Below the pieces are notes generated by a model that saw only the letters and a program-made list of their open reading frames with translations, was not told the origin of the DNA and searched no databases. A DNA stretch of 64,000 bases, from contig JAQICB010000077.1 in the NCBI GenBank assembly GCA_027858745.1, forward strand, positions 6,224-70,223, in the 5' to 3' direction. Positions 9,173 through 19,468 of the stretch are shown here, piece after piece (positions within the stretch are counted from its first letter, which is position 1; each line of letters opens with the position of its first letter). Source of the stretch: Bacteroidales bacterium. GTDB taxonomy: Bacteria > Bacteroidota > Bacteroidia > Bacteroidales > UBA1715. The translations under genes were made by a program, and so were the position numbers.

Positions 9173-10219
9173 ATGATAGATTTTACCCAAGCACGTTTAG
9201 AAAAATTAGTTATCCATAAAATTGGAAATAAGTCTTTGGAGGAGGGTGTAACACTTTCAAAGTCTGAAATAATAATTGATGACGAATCAACGTCTGATTT
9301 GTTATTTACCTTTTTTTCGCAACCATTCAAATCTGATGATTTGTACACCTTCGATACAGATAAGCACCTTGGTGACGAATCTGTATTTTCATATGTGCAG
9401 AGTATTTTTTCTCAACCCGAAGAATTGTATATTCAATCGGCACATATTGCGAAAAAGTTATATGATATTTCAACGCATCCGAATATTAAAAATGGCGAAT
9501 TATATGTAGCGTATTTTTCAAATTGTTTGATAGAAGATGAATTGACCGATGCGGTAGGCATATTTAAGTCAGAAAATAAGGATAGTTATATTAAGGTTTT
9601 TTTGCAAAACGAAACTTTTAATGTTGACCACGAGGCGGGAATTAACATTAAAAAATTAGATAAAGGCTGTTTAATTTTCAATCGTAATGCCGAGGAGGGA
9701 CATCTTCTCAAGATAATTGATAATACAAACAAATCTAACGAGGCTCACTACTGGATTGATGACTTTATTCAAGCGACGATAATGAAAACCGATTATTTTA
9801 ATACCACTCAATTTGTACAAATGTGTAAAAGTTTTAGTAATCAGGTTTTAACCGAAGATAATAATGTTGAAAAACAAGAACAGTTGGGTTTTATCAATAA
9901 ATCATATGATTATTTAAAACAGAATGAGGTGCTTGATGTTGAACAATTTCAGCAAGAGGTCATCGGTAATCCTGAGGTTATTCAGCATTTTAACGAGTTT
10001 AAAGGTTCTTATGAAGAAAACAATAATATTGAAGCACAATCACAATTTGAAATTTCTCCCGATGCAGTAAAAAAAGCAAAAAAATATGTGCGAAGCGTTA
10101 TTAAATTAGACCGAAATTTCCATGTCTATGTTCATTCTTGTCCCGAATATATTGAAAAAGGATTTGATCAGTCTCGGAATATGCATTTTTATAAATTATT
10201 CTTTGAAAACGAGTCTTAG
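9173..10219 (+). CDS. nucleoid-associated protein, NdpA/YejK-like
   Basis: About 348 aa from the ATG at 9173 (MIDFTQARLEKLVIHKIGNK...). Overall pattern resembles the NdpA family: an N-terminal hVIHKhG segment, KSENKDSYIK, KLDKGCLIF, AHYWIDDFI, and a C-terminal VIKLDRNFHVYV. The track's upstream extension to 9083 is low-complexity. Confidence 0.6.
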   Translation: MIDFTQARLEKLVIHKIGNKSLEEGVTLSKSEIIIDDESTSDLLFTFFSQPFKSDDLYTFDTDKHLGDESVFSYVQSIFSQPEELYIQSAHIAKKLYDISTHPNIKNGELYVAYFSNCLIEDELTDAVGIFKSENKDSYIKVFLQNETFNVDHEAGINIKKLDKGCLIFNRNAEEGHLLKIIDNTNKSNEAHYWIDDFIQATIMKTDYFNTTQFVQMCKSFSNQVLTEDNNVEKQEQLGFINKSYDYLKQNEVLDVEQFQQEVIGNPEVIQHFNEFKGSYEENNNIEAQSQFEISPDAVKKAKKYVRSVIKLDRNFHVYVHSCPEYIEKGFDQSRNMHFYKLFFENES

Positions 10220-10262
10220 TTTTTGAGTTATTTTCAACGGTTTTTTTTGTAAGCACTATTTA

Positions 10263-11477
10263 TTAAAACGCAGCCATTAATAAATCAATATTTTTATATG
10301 GAATAGAGTAGTGTTTAGAAATATGGCTATTGGTTAAAATCCCATTATAAATATACACTCCTTGTCTGACGGTAAAGTCGTTTTTAAGAAAATGGCTTAC
10401 ACCCCCTTGTTCTCCCATTTTAAGCAATATAGGCATCACAATATTACTTAGTGCAATAGATGATGTACGTGCTGCATTTGATTGAATATTCGGCACACAA
10501 TAATGTACGACACCATGTTTGGTATATGTTGGTTGTTTGTGTGTTGTACATTTTGATGTTTCGAAGCATCCGCCTTGGTCAATACCCAAATCAATAATGA
10601 CAGTCCCTTTTTTCATGAGTTTGACCATATCTTCTGATACATAAAAATTGGTATTGTCTTCAACCAATTGCATTGCTCCAATGACTACCTCGGCAGAACG
10701 AAATGCTTTTTTGAGTACCTCTGTTTGGTAGTTAGATGTATACAGTCGCTGACCTAAACTATTTTGAATAGAAATAAGGCGTTGTAAATATGCATCAAAA
10801 ATTTTGACGTGAGCACCGAGCCCGAGAGCAGCCCGAGCTGCAAATTCGCCCGCAGTGTTTGCTCCTAAAATAACCACTTCGGCCGGGGTGACACCGGTAA
10901 TGCCACCTAATAATGCACCCTTACCATTTTTTAAATCACTTAAATATTGTGCTGCAATAAGCACCGAGAGCGAACCTGCAATTTCTTGCATAGATGCAAC
11001 TACCGGATAATTGCCTTCATAATCACGAATATACTCGAAACCGATAGCAGTTACTTTTTTTTCGATTAGTTTTTGTACACTTTTTTTTCCCTCATCATTT
11101 ATGACAACTGAAGAAATAATTGTCTGTTTTTCATTAACTAAGGAAATATCTTCTTCCGAAAAGGGAGCTACTTTTAATAATATATCAGCCTGACAAACTT
11201 CTTCTTTTGAGCGGATAATTCGTGCACCTGCTTCGCTAAATTCGGTGTCTAAAAATCGTGCTTGTGTTCCGGCACCTTGTTCAAACAAAACAGTGTAATT
11301 ATTATCGGTAAGTAATTGTACAGCTTGTGGAGTGAGGGGAGTACGATGCTCATTAGCATCACTTTCTTTTAAAATACCAATGGTAAGACTCTTTTTTTTA
11401 TTTTCAACTTCCAACATTTCTTCTTGTGGGAGCAACCCACCTCGTCCAAACGAGAATTTTCCGGGAAAAGATTCCAT
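10263..11477 (-). CDS. AlaDH/PNT-family NAD(P)-dependent dehydrogenase (alanine dehydrogenase-like)
   Basis: 404 aa. Dinucleotide-binding VVILGANTAGEFAARAA. The N-terminal AlaDH/PNT-like domain includes EHRTPLTPQAV. Confidence 0.6.
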   Translation of the reverse strand: MESFPGKFSFGRGGLLPQEEMLEVENKKKSLTIGILKESDANEHRTPLTPQAVQLLTDNNYTVLFEQGAGTQARFLDTEFSEAGARIIRSKEEVCQADILLKVAPFSEEDISLVNEKQTIISSVVINDEGKKSVQKLIEKKVTAIGFEYIRDYEGNYPVVASMQEIAGSLSVLIAAQYLSDLKNGKGALLGGITGVTPAEVVILGANTAGEFAARAALGLGAHVKIFDAYLQRLISIQNSLGQRLYTSNYQTEVLKKAFRSAEVVIGAMQLVEDNTNFYVSEDMVKLMKKGTVIIDLGIDQGGCFETSKCTTHKQPTYTKHGVVHYCVPNIQSNAARTSSIALSNIVMPILLKMGEQGGVSHFLKNDFTVRQGVYIYNGILTNSHISKHYSIPYKNIDLLMAAF

Positions 11478-11490
11478 AACTGTAATTTTT

Positions 11491-11913
11491 TTATTCTATT
11501 ATTTCGAGTAATCGTATGTCAAATTGAATAACGGCATTGGGCGGTATTCTGTCTGAACTTCCTTTTTGACCCCAAGCCAAATCGGGTGGAAGCCAAAATT
11601 TGAATCTACTGCCGACGGGCATTTTTTGTATACCTTCTGCTAAACCTTCTAATAGTTCAGGAACAGGAGCCTCGGCAGGTTTGTTTGTTTTGTATGAGTC
11701 TTCGAGAATGGTTCCTTTAAGTAGTAATACACGCTGATGAAATAGTACTTGTGAATCTTCTTGTGGCATGTCGCCATCTGTTTTTTCTATAATGGTATAT
11801 TGCAATCCCGATTCGGTTTCAATAATACCAGTTTTTTTTGCATTTTGAAGTAAAAAATCTCCACCTCTTTTTTTATTGTTACCTGCGGAGCCTCGAAAAC
11901 GTCTGTTTGCCAT
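11491..11913 (-). CDS. FKBP-type peptidyl-prolyl cis-trans isomerase
   Basis: The C-terminal 100 aa follow the FKBP pattern (GLQYTIIEK..., LLEGLAEGIQKMPVGSRFKFWLPPDLAWG..., IPPNAVIQFDIRLLEI). Confidence 0.75.
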   Translation of the reverse strand: MANRRFRGSAGNNKKRGGDFLLQNAKKTGIIETESGLQYTIIEKTDGDMPQEDSQVLFHQRVLLLKGTILEDSYKTNKPAEAPVPELLEGLAEGIQKMPVGSRFKFWLPPDLAWGQKGSSDRIPPNAVIQFDIRLLEIIE

Positions 11914-11914
11914 A

Positions 11915-12587
11915 TTATAATCCTAAATCTTTAAATTCATCAGCAGGTTCCATTCCTTTTTCTTGAGCTTTTTTATAGTATGCTGCTGCACCGTCTTTAT
12001 TGTTGAGCGATATGAATGATTCACAAACTAATAAGGCGGACTGTTGAGCTTTGTCGTTATTGATTGGTAGCCATTGTTTAAAAGCTAAGTCTCCATAATG
12101 AATAGCTCGTTCATATTGTTCGGTAAATGAATAAATCAGTCCTAAATGGTATAATGCAAACGCATCATTTGGAAATAAATCGAGCAGTGAATTTAATGTT
12201 TCAATAGCTTCGGTATACATTTCTTCATAAATATATACTAAGCTAAGATTGAGAAGGATATTTTTATTGCGTGCATTTTTCAATAAGGATTTTTGTGTAA
12301 TAATAAATAGCACTGTCCATTTTATATGCTCTACGATATGCAACTCCCGCATTATTCAAAGCATCAATAATTGTTGTATCTACACGATATGCTTCCGAAT
12401 AGTATTTTGCTGCTTTTGTATACTTTTCTTTCTCAAAAAATGTTTCGGCTTTCATAAAAAGCTGAATAGCCTGCGGATTGTCCGATAGATTATGGATTGA
12501 TAATGAATCGTCGGAAGAAGAATTTTGTGAAAATACCGGAATGCAAAATAAACCGGATAGAAGGAGAAGTATATATTTTTGTTTCAT
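11915..12587 (-). pseudogene. TPR-repeat lipoprotein/secreted protein interrupted by a frameshift at a homopolymer
   Basis: Two overlapping ORFs (12264-12620 and 11915-12352) both carry TPR-like repeats. The upstream part has a signal peptide (MKQKYILLLLSGLFCIPVFSQ, ATG at 12587). Removing one A from the A5 run (plus-strand T5 at 12290-12294) fuses them as ...AIYYYTKSLLKNARNKNILLNLSLVYIYEEMY... Confidence 0.65.
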
Positions 12588-12687
12588 GTCTTTTGTATTA
12601 ATGTACGAAAAGTAATACAAATATACACACTTTGAGTTGATGAAACAAATTTTTTAAGATTACAATAACACTCTTTAAACCAGTACT

Positions 12688-13725
12688 TTATCTTTTCTTT
12701 TTTGCTAGCTGACCACATGCAGCATCAATGTCTTTGCCTTTTGAATACCGAATAGTAACGATAAGATTTAATCTTTCTAAAAAGGCAGCAAAATTTTCTC
12801 GCACATGTGCATCCGAAGGCTGAAAAGGAGACGCAGGATGAGGATTGTATTCTATAAGATTGATTTTCACCGGAAATCTTTTGGTAAAATGTCCCAATAA
12901 ACTAGCATCATCTAAACTATCGTTTACATTTTTCAGTAGTGTGTATTCTATTGAAATTCGTTTATTTGTTTTTTGATGATAGTATGATAATGATTCCGAT
13001 AATGTACTTAAATTAAATTTTTTATTTATCGGCATATATGTATTTCGTCGTGCATCATCGGGGAAGTGGATTGATACAGCCAAATTGCAGGGACAATTAT
13101 CATCTGCTAATTTTTTGATGTTATCGGCAACACCAACGGTTGAAATGGTAATTCGTGTGGGAGAAATTCCGGTGCCGTTCACATCGGTAAGTCTGTTAAC
13201 CGATGCCAGTACTGCATCATAATTGAGCAATGGTTCTCCCATACCCATATATACAATATTTGTTACCGATTGCTGGTATGTGTTTTGACTTATTTCATCG
13301 ATGTGAAATAGTTGATCGGTAATTTCTCCAACCGATATATTTCTAATGCTACCTAAACTGCCCGTAGCACAAAAGGTGCAGTGCAATCCGCAGCCTACTT
13401 GTGAAGAAATACAGGCTGTTATTCGTTTTCCTGAAGGAATGAGAACGCCTTCAATTATTTGTTTATCCTCAAGCTGAAACGCTATTTTAATAGATTTGTC
13501 CTTACTTTTTTGAGTTGAAAGAACAGAAACTGTTTTAAAATAATAATGTGTTTCCAGAAATGTGCGAAATTCGGCAGAAAGGTTGGTCATTTCAGAAAAT
13601 GAGCGAACCCGATTTTTCCAAATCCATTGATATATTTGTTGTGCTCTAAATGTTTTCTCTCCGCAATCAGTACATATTTTTTTGATTTCTGAAATATCGA
13701 GTGATAAAATGTCTTGTTTATTCAT
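12688..13725 (-). CDS. rlmN: 23S rRNA/tRNA (adenine-C2)-methyltransferase RlmN (radical SAM)
   Basis: Radical-SAM cluster motif GCGLHCTFCATG and a C-terminal ...DIDAACGQL catalytic Cys region. ATG at 13725 is preferred over the TTG at 13746. Confidence 0.88.
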   Translation of the reverse strand: MNKQDILSLDISEIKKICTDCGEKTFRAQQIYQWIWKNRVRSFSEMTNLSAEFRTFLETHYYFKTVSVLSTQKSKDKSIKIAFQLEDKQIIEGVLIPSGKRITACISSQVGCGLHCTFCATGSLGSIRNISVGEITDQLFHIDEISQNTYQQSVTNIVYMGMGEPLLNYDAVLASVNRLTDVNGTGISPTRITISTVGVADNIKKLADDNCPCNLAVSIHFPDDARRNTYMPINKKFNLSTLSESLSYYHQKTNKRISIEYTLLKNVNDSLDDASLLGHFTKRFPVKINLIEYNPHPASPFQPSDAHVRENFAAFLERLNLIVTIRYSKGKDIDAACGQLAKKKR

Positions 13726-13862
13726 ATCTATTATTCTAGACCACAAATATGGTAAGTTTTCAGGATTTTACAACAGTGTTTCTCGGTTTTTTTTATAGTT
13801 CAAAATCTTGTGTACCTTTGTGGCTTTTTGTGTAGAAATATAAATAATGAATTAATTACGGT

Positions 13863-15338
13863 ATGAGTTGGATTGATATATCTATTTTTATTTGTTATCT
13901 CGGAGCAATGCTGGGAGTAGGTTTTTATTTTTTAAGAAAAAATAAAAATACCGATGATTATTATGTCGGAGGTCGTGGATTAAGTAGTTTTCATATTGGT
14001 CTTTCTGTTGTAGCAACAGATGTTGGCGGTGGGTTTTCCATTAGTTTAGGAGGCTTAGGTTTTGTAATGGGTATTTCCGGGAGTTGGATGTTGTTTACCG
14101 GCTTGATAGGAGCTTGGTTAAGTGCTGTTTTATTAATTCCGGTTGTGTCTGATTTGGCACGAAAAAAAGGCTTTCTTTCATTTCCTCAGTTTTTAGAATT
14201 TATGTTTGACAAACGGGTGGCTCTTATTGCCGGTCTAATTTCTGCTATTGGCTATCTCGGTTTTTCTAGTTCTCAAATACTTGCCGGTGCTAAGTTAGCT
14301 TCTGCTACCGTTGAGGGGTTAAACACCAATACTGCTCTTTTAATAATGGGCATCATTGCAGTTGGATATACTGTAATAGGAGGACTTAAAGCGGTGATTT
14401 ATACCGATACCATTCAATGGCTTGTGTTGATGGTGGGATTAATTTTTGTTGGACTCCCGTTTGCATATACTAAAGTAGGTGGATATGAGGTGATTCGTGA
14501 AACATTGAGTGCCGATTTTTTTAGTCTTACTGCTATTTCTTGGCAACAACTGGTGAATTGGGGTTTTGCAATTATTCCAATTTGGTTTGTAGGAATGACA
14601 TTATATCAAAGAATATATGCTTCTAAGGATACTGCAACTGCAAAAAAAGCATGGTTTATTGCCGGGCTTTTTGAATGGCCAATTATGGCTTTTATTGGTG
14701 TCATTTTGGGGCTTTTGGCTCGGGTTGCTTTTGATACCGGAATGTTTAATGACATGTTTATTAATGGTGAGTCGGTAGCGTCTATTCCTGTTGAACAATT
14801 TGATGGTGAAAAAGGCTTGCCCTTGTTATTGAAATCTGTGTTGCCGATTGGTTTTCTTGGGATAGTATTGTCGGCGTATTTTTCCGCAATCATGTCTACC
14901 GCAGACAGTTGCCTTATGGCATCATCCGGAAATCTATTGACTGATGTGTTGAAAAAACATAATCATGCAAAAAGCTTGCGGTACTCTCAAATTTTAACAT
15001 TGCTTATTGGTATTGTAGCTTTGTTGTTGGCTCTTACCATGACAAGTGTTTTAGATTTAATGTTGTATTCCTATTCTTTTATGGTTGCCGGTATGTTGGT
15101 TCCCGTTTTGGTTACCATTTTTGCAAAAAAAACCAATTCAATTGCAGCTCTTATTTCTATGATTTTGGGTGGAAGTAGTACATTAATATTGACATTACTT
15201 ATAAATGTATATAAAGATTTCACGTTGCCCTTTACATTAGATCCAATAATATTCGGAATTATAATTTCTGTTGTTTCGTATATAGTAACAGATATGATGT
15301 CTCCCTCGCAAAGAGTATTAATTCAGGATAAAATTTAA
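13863..15338 (+). CDS. sodium:solute symporter (SSS) family transporter
   Basis: 491 aa, about 13 hydrophobic segments. SSS-like N-terminus (...DDYYVGGRGLSSFHIGLSVVATDVGGG...). Confidence 0.75.
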   Translation: MSWIDISIFICYLGAMLGVGFYFLRKNKNTDDYYVGGRGLSSFHIGLSVVATDVGGGFSISLGGLGFVMGISGSWMLFTGLIGAWLSAVLLIPVVSDLARKKGFLSFPQFLEFMFDKRVALIAGLISAIGYLGFSSSQILAGAKLASATVEGLNTNTALLIMGIIAVGYTVIGGLKAVIYTDTIQWLVLMVGLIFVGLPFAYTKVGGYEVIRETLSADFFSLTAISWQQLVNWGFAIIPIWFVGMTLYQRIYASKDTATAKKAWFIAGLFEWPIMAFIGVILGLLARVAFDTGMFNDMFINGESVASIPVEQFDGEKGLPLLLKSVLPIGFLGIVLSAYFSAIMSTADSCLMASSGNLLTDVLKKHNHAKSLRYSQILTLLIGIVALLLALTMTSVLDLMLYSYSFMVAGMLVPVLVTIFAKKTNSIAALISMILGGSSTLILTLLINVYKDFTLPFTLDPIIFGIIISVVSYIVTDMMSPSQRVLIQDKI

Positions 15339-15373
15339 AATTGCGTCCAATATGTGCTCACAAAATTTGTGGT

Positions 15374-16228
15374 TTATTGGAGTATAAATTTTTTTCGTAT
15401 CATAAGTACCGTATTGTTTTGTAAAAGCTCCACGGTGTATGTTCCCGATGAATAGTGAGATATGTCAAGATTGAGTTTATAGGTATAGTATCCGGGTTTT
15501 TGAAGGCTTGAGATATCTTGAGACATAAGGGTGTCTTTGTCTGAACTGATAATGTTTATGATTACCGAGCTGCTGTCAGCAATAAAATAATGTAATTCTC
15601 CTTGTAATGTTTGTGGTTTTGTGTGTATATTTATGTACAATAGACAATACCAGGGAACACCTGTATTCATAATATTCGCCAACATTTGTTTAAGTGGAAT
15701 GTTATGCGAAATTGTATCGGTACATAGAGCTGCTAGCGGAATAGTTTGATGTATTATTTGTAAAGCTGTTTGTAATTCTTTTTTGCTTAGTGATTTCGGC
15801 GAAATAGTTGAGGCAAATTCTATAAATTTATCGGATGCAATACCGCCAAAACTGTATGAAAGAGAGTCTGCTTTATGTGTTTTTTCAGGTTCTATTGCAA
15901 GTGCAGGCACAATAAGTTGTTGAGATTCTTGTGGTGCTATGTTGTGCGTTGTGTCGTGTAAAAGCATCATAGCAGAATAACCCGGAAGAGAGGGGATGAA
16001 TAATCTGCCCTGTTGAATGGTGTAATAAATAGTATCTGAAGAGATATTTTGAATATCTATATGTATTGTAAAGTCAGAATCGGTTTGCTGTGTATACATA
16101 TATATAGGAATAGATTTGGTAATTTGTATGTTTTTGAGAGAAATAGGTTTGTATTGAGCATAAGCTGTTATTGTTGTAAAAAATACAGCAATGAAAAGGA
16201 TAATTATATAATATGCTAATTTGCTCAT
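15374..16228 (-). CDS. hypothetical secreted protein with probable T9SS C-terminal sorting domain
   Basis: Signal peptide MSKLAYYIIILFIAVFFTTITAYAQ. The C-terminal about 40 aa (PGYYTYKLNLDISHYSSGTYTVELLQNNTVLMIRKKFILQ) resemble a Por-secretion-tail beta-sandwich. Confidence 0.45.
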   Translation of the reverse strand: MSKLAYYIIILFIAVFFTTITAYAQYKPISLKNIQITKSIPIYMYTQQTDSDFTIHIDIQNISSDTIYYTIQQGRLFIPSLPGYSAMMLLHDTTHNIAPQESQQLIVPALAIEPEKTHKADSLSYSFGGIASDKFIEFASTISPKSLSKKELQTALQIIHQTIPLAALCTDTISHNIPLKQMLANIMNTGVPWYCLLYINIHTKPQTLQGELHYFIADSSSVIINIISSDKDTLMSQDISSLQKPGYYTYKLNLDISHYSSGTYTVELLQNNTVLMIRKKFILQ

Positions 16229-16379
16229 AATTTAGTTTTTTATTGTTTTCTTTCTTACGCAGAAATAGAGGTGTTTGTTATTTTTTATGATGACTTTCCA
16301 AAGTGTGTTCGGTATACGGGCACAATTTGTTTTTTTACGAAAAATGATAATTTACATGTGGTCATTTGTATAAAAGAAT

Positions 16380-16387
16380 TATTTTTG
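16380..16387 (+). promoter_or_regulatory. candidate -7 box TATTTTTG for the acyltransferase gene
   Basis: TAnnTTTG match 18 nt upstream of the ATG at 16406. Confidence 0.4.
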
Positions 16388-16405
16388 TGGAAATAATCTA
16401 CAACT

Positions 16406-17770
16406 ATGAATTTTAAATTAGGATCTCAAGAGAAATTTTCTGTGTTTCAATGGCTTTTCGTAAATGCTTGGTGGCGATTGTGGTGGCGATTGTGGTACAG
16501 AAAAGTGGCAGTGCACGGATTTAAACATATCTATACTAAAAAACCATTGATTATTACCCCCAATCATCAGAATACAGCTATGGATGCATTAACCTTAATC
16601 GGCGTGCAAACACGTCAGGTTGTCTGGTTGGCTCGTGCAGATGTTTTTAAAAGTAAATTTGTACGTCCAATATTACGATTTTTTAAAATTATGCCGGTAT
16701 ACCGCATGCAAGATGGGTTAGAATCATTAGGAAATAATGAGAAAATATTTGAGAAATGTGTCAAGGTTCTTGAAGCACGTAAAATTATTGGTATTTTTCC
16801 GGAAGCAACTCATTGGGGGTATAGGCGATTGCGAGCGATTAAAAAAGCAGTGCCCCGAATTGCTTTTTTGGCAGAGGAGTTGAGTAGTCAAGATTTAGAT
16901 GTTCATATCATGCCGGTTGGTATTTACTATGATAATTATGTGAGTTTTAGGAGTCATTTGTTTGTGAATTTCGGTGAGCCATTTTCAATAGCAGAATATG
17001 TTGAATTATACAAAGAAAATGCGAATAAGGCAATTATAGCATTGCGAAACCGAATTCAGGAAGAAATGAAAAAATGTATGCTTCATATAAAACATGATGG
17101 TGAAAGATACGAAGCATATGAAGAGTTACGAAGAATGTGCGCTTCTTTTGTGATTAAAAAATATGATATTTCGGGAGCTTTGTTGTACAAAAATTTTCAA
17201 GCATATAAAAAAGTAATAGAAAAACTTGATGCAGCCGGGGAACAAGAACCCGAAGTGATTGATACCCTCGAAAAAGAGGTTGTAGCCTATAGAGATAAAC
17301 GTAATGCAATGCAATATCGCGAGTGGTTGGTGGATCAAAATGGGGGAGATGAGTTTACTATAATATGGAATAGTGTGCGTTTATTGGTGGGATTACCAAT
17401 TTTTATTATTGGATTTATTTTGAATATTTTCTTTTTTAAAAAAACATTCAGCATAGCACAAAAACTAGCTGAGGATGTCCAATTTTACAACTCAATAACG
17501 TTTTCACTCGGATTTTTGATTGTACCTATTTGGTTTTCTGCTATAAGCATTTTCTGTGTATTTTTTTGGGGGTTATCGTGGTGGATGTTTTTTGTAATAG
17601 GTGTTGCATTGCTTATTGTATCTGTTGTGAGTTTTGATTATTTTATTCTTGCAAAGAAAACATTTCACATGCTTCGATTCAAAATACAAGCTTATACGCA
17701 TAATCCTGAATTAGAATCTTTACGTGCTCGTCGAAAAAAAATTATGGATATGTGTGAAAATATATTGTAA
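16406..17770 (+). CDS. PlsC/GPAT-family acyltransferase with C-terminal membrane domain
   Basis: Acyltransferase block I-like PNHQNTAMD and block III-like IFPEATH. Three to four C-terminal TM helices. Contains a WWRLWWRL tandem duplication near the N-terminus. Confidence 0.6.
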   Translation: MNFKLGSQEKFSVFQWLFVNAWWRLWWRLWYRKVAVHGFKHIYTKKPLIITPNHQNTAMDALTLIGVQTRQVVWLARADVFKSKFVRPILRFFKIMPVYRMQDGLESLGNNEKIFEKCVKVLEARKIIGIFPEATHWGYRRLRAIKKAVPRIAFLAEELSSQDLDVHIMPVGIYYDNYVSFRSHLFVNFGEPFSIAEYVELYKENANKAIIALRNRIQEEMKKCMLHIKHDGERYEAYEELRRMCASFVIKKYDISGALLYKNFQAYKKVIEKLDAAGEQEPEVIDTLEKEVVAYRDKRNAMQYREWLVDQNGGDEFTIIWNSVRLLVGLPIFIIGFILNIFFFKKTFSIAQKLAEDVQFYNSITFSLGFLIVPIWFSAISIFCVFFWGLSWWMFFVIGVALLIVSVVSFDYFILAKKTFHMLRFKIQAYTHNPELESLRARRKKIMDMCENIL

Positions 17771-17821
17771 TTAGTGTCTGTCCAGAATGTTCGGTTTCAT
17801 CGAGTGCCCAATATTTTTGAA

Positions 17822-18769
17822 TTACTTCTTTTGTTCAATATAATCCTTAATATTATTAAAGACTTTATTAAAGAGGGTATCTAAAGCTTCATTGCTTATC
17901 CATGCAACATGAGGTGTAATGTGTAATTTGTGTGCAATATCTGTGTGCAATAAAGGAGAATCTTTTGGTATAGGTTCTTGTTCCAAAACGTCGAGACAGA
18001 CTCCGCCAATACAATCTTCACGTAAAATTTGTGCGATATCTGACTCATTTACAATACCACCTCGTCCAACGTTGATTAAAATAGCATGTTTTTGCATATG
18101 TTTCATCTCATCGTATTTCAATAAATTTTGGGTATGTTCATTGAGTGGAGCGTGAATAGAAATAATGTCTGATGTTTTGAGTAATGATTCTAAAGAACAC
18201 TGAGAATATTCCGATGAGTTATTTTTTCCGGAAGTAGAATAATACTGTATGGAACAACCAAAAGCTTGTGCAATGTGAGCTACTCGTTTGCCAATTGAGC
18301 CCAAACCAATTATTCCCCATGTTTTATTTTGTAACTCCCAATATCGTGGTCCAAAATGAGTAAAGACAGGAGATGAGGAGTATTCTCCGGAAAAAACATA
18401 GGAATTATAATATGCTGTGTGATGCAAAAAGCTTAATAATAATGCAAAAGTATGTTGTGCAACACTTTCGGTTGAGTATCCGGCAACATTTTTAACCGTA
18501 ATATTGTGTTCCTGAGCATAGTCTAAGTCAACATTATTCATACCGGTTGCGGTTAAGCAAATTAATTCGATATGAGAAGAACTTAGAATTTCTTTGTCGA
18601 GAACTACTTTATTGGTTATTACGATTGTTGCATCGCCAATATGTTTCGAGCGTTCATGAGCTTGTGTTGTATTATATATGGTAACTGAACCAAAAGTCTT
18701 AAATTGTTCAAAAACTTCAGCGTCACCCATAGTGTCGACATCTAAAACAACAAGAGAATGTTTTTTCAT
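17822..18769 (-). CDS. D-isomer-specific 2-hydroxyacid dehydrogenase (glycerate dehydrogenase-like)
   Basis: NAD motif GIIGLGSIGKRVA, INVGRGGIV, and LDVLEQEP with a catalytic His region (ITPHVAW). Confidence 0.8.
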   Translation of the reverse strand: MKKHSLVVLDVDTMGDAEVFEQFKTFGSVTIYNTTQAHERSKHIGDATIVITNKVVLDKEILSSSHIELICLTATGMNNVDLDYAQEHNITVKNVAGYSTESVAQHTFALLLSFLHHTAYYNSYVFSGEYSSSPVFTHFGPRYWELQNKTWGIIGLGSIGKRVAHIAQAFGCSIQYYSTSGKNNSSEYSQCSLESLLKTSDIISIHAPLNEHTQNLLKYDEMKHMQKHAILINVGRGGIVNESDIAQILREDCIGGVCLDVLEQEPIPKDSPLLHTDIAHKLHITPHVAWISNEALDTLFNKVFNNIKDYIEQKK

Positions 18770-18841
18770 ATGTTAATTTTTTGTGATATATTTTTTTTCA
18801 TACTTCGGTATATCTTGTGGAATTATGAATGCTCTATATGT

Positions 18842-19468
18842 TTACTTTGAGTGAATTCCAGAATATGAAACTCTATCTTGAATTGAGCGAGCTAATGTTG
18901 CTTCATCAGCATATTCTAAATCGTTACCAACAGAAACTCCACGAGAAATCATTGAAATGGTAATAGAGTAATCTTTTAGTTTTTTGTAGATATAATAGCT
19001 CGTTGTGTCGCCTTCAATAGTAACGGGGAGTGCAAAAATAATTTCTGAAACCGAATCGTGCTTCACTCGGTTTAATAAAAGATCTATTGTTAAATCTTCT
19101 GCACTTATACCTTCCATGGGGGATATAATACCTCCTAAAACATGATATACACCACGATATTGACTTGTGTTTTCAATAGCTAACATGTCTTGCAGGTTTT
19201 CTACAACACAGATAAGACTTTTATCGCGAATGGGATTTGCACATATTTCGCATATATCGGAGTCTGAAATTGTGTAACATGATGTGCAATAGGTAATGTT
19301 TTGACGAAGATTAATAATTGCTTCACCAAGTGCATTTGCATATGCCGGATCTTGCTTCAAAATATGCATAACTAAGCGAGTAGCAGTTTTGTTGCCTATA
19401 CCGGGTAGTTTTGCTATTGAAAAAACCGCATGTTCAAATACTTTTGAAGGAAAGTATAAATCTGGCAT
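18842..19468 (-). CDS. recR: recombination protein RecR
   Basis: HhH region LPGIGNKTATRL, C4 zinc finger CTSCYTISDSDICEIC, and a Toprim segment (CVVENLQDMLAIE). 208 aa. Confidence 0.92.
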   Translation of the reverse strand: MPDLYFPSKVFEHAVFSIAKLPGIGNKTATRLVMHILKQDPAYANALGEAIINLRQNITYCTSCYTISDSDICEICANPIRDKSLICVVENLQDMLAIENTSQYRGVYHVLGGIISPMEGISAEDLTIDLLLNRVKHDSVSEIIFALPVTIEGDTTSYYIYKKLKDYSITISMISRGVSVGNDLEYADEATLARSIQDRVSYSGIHSK

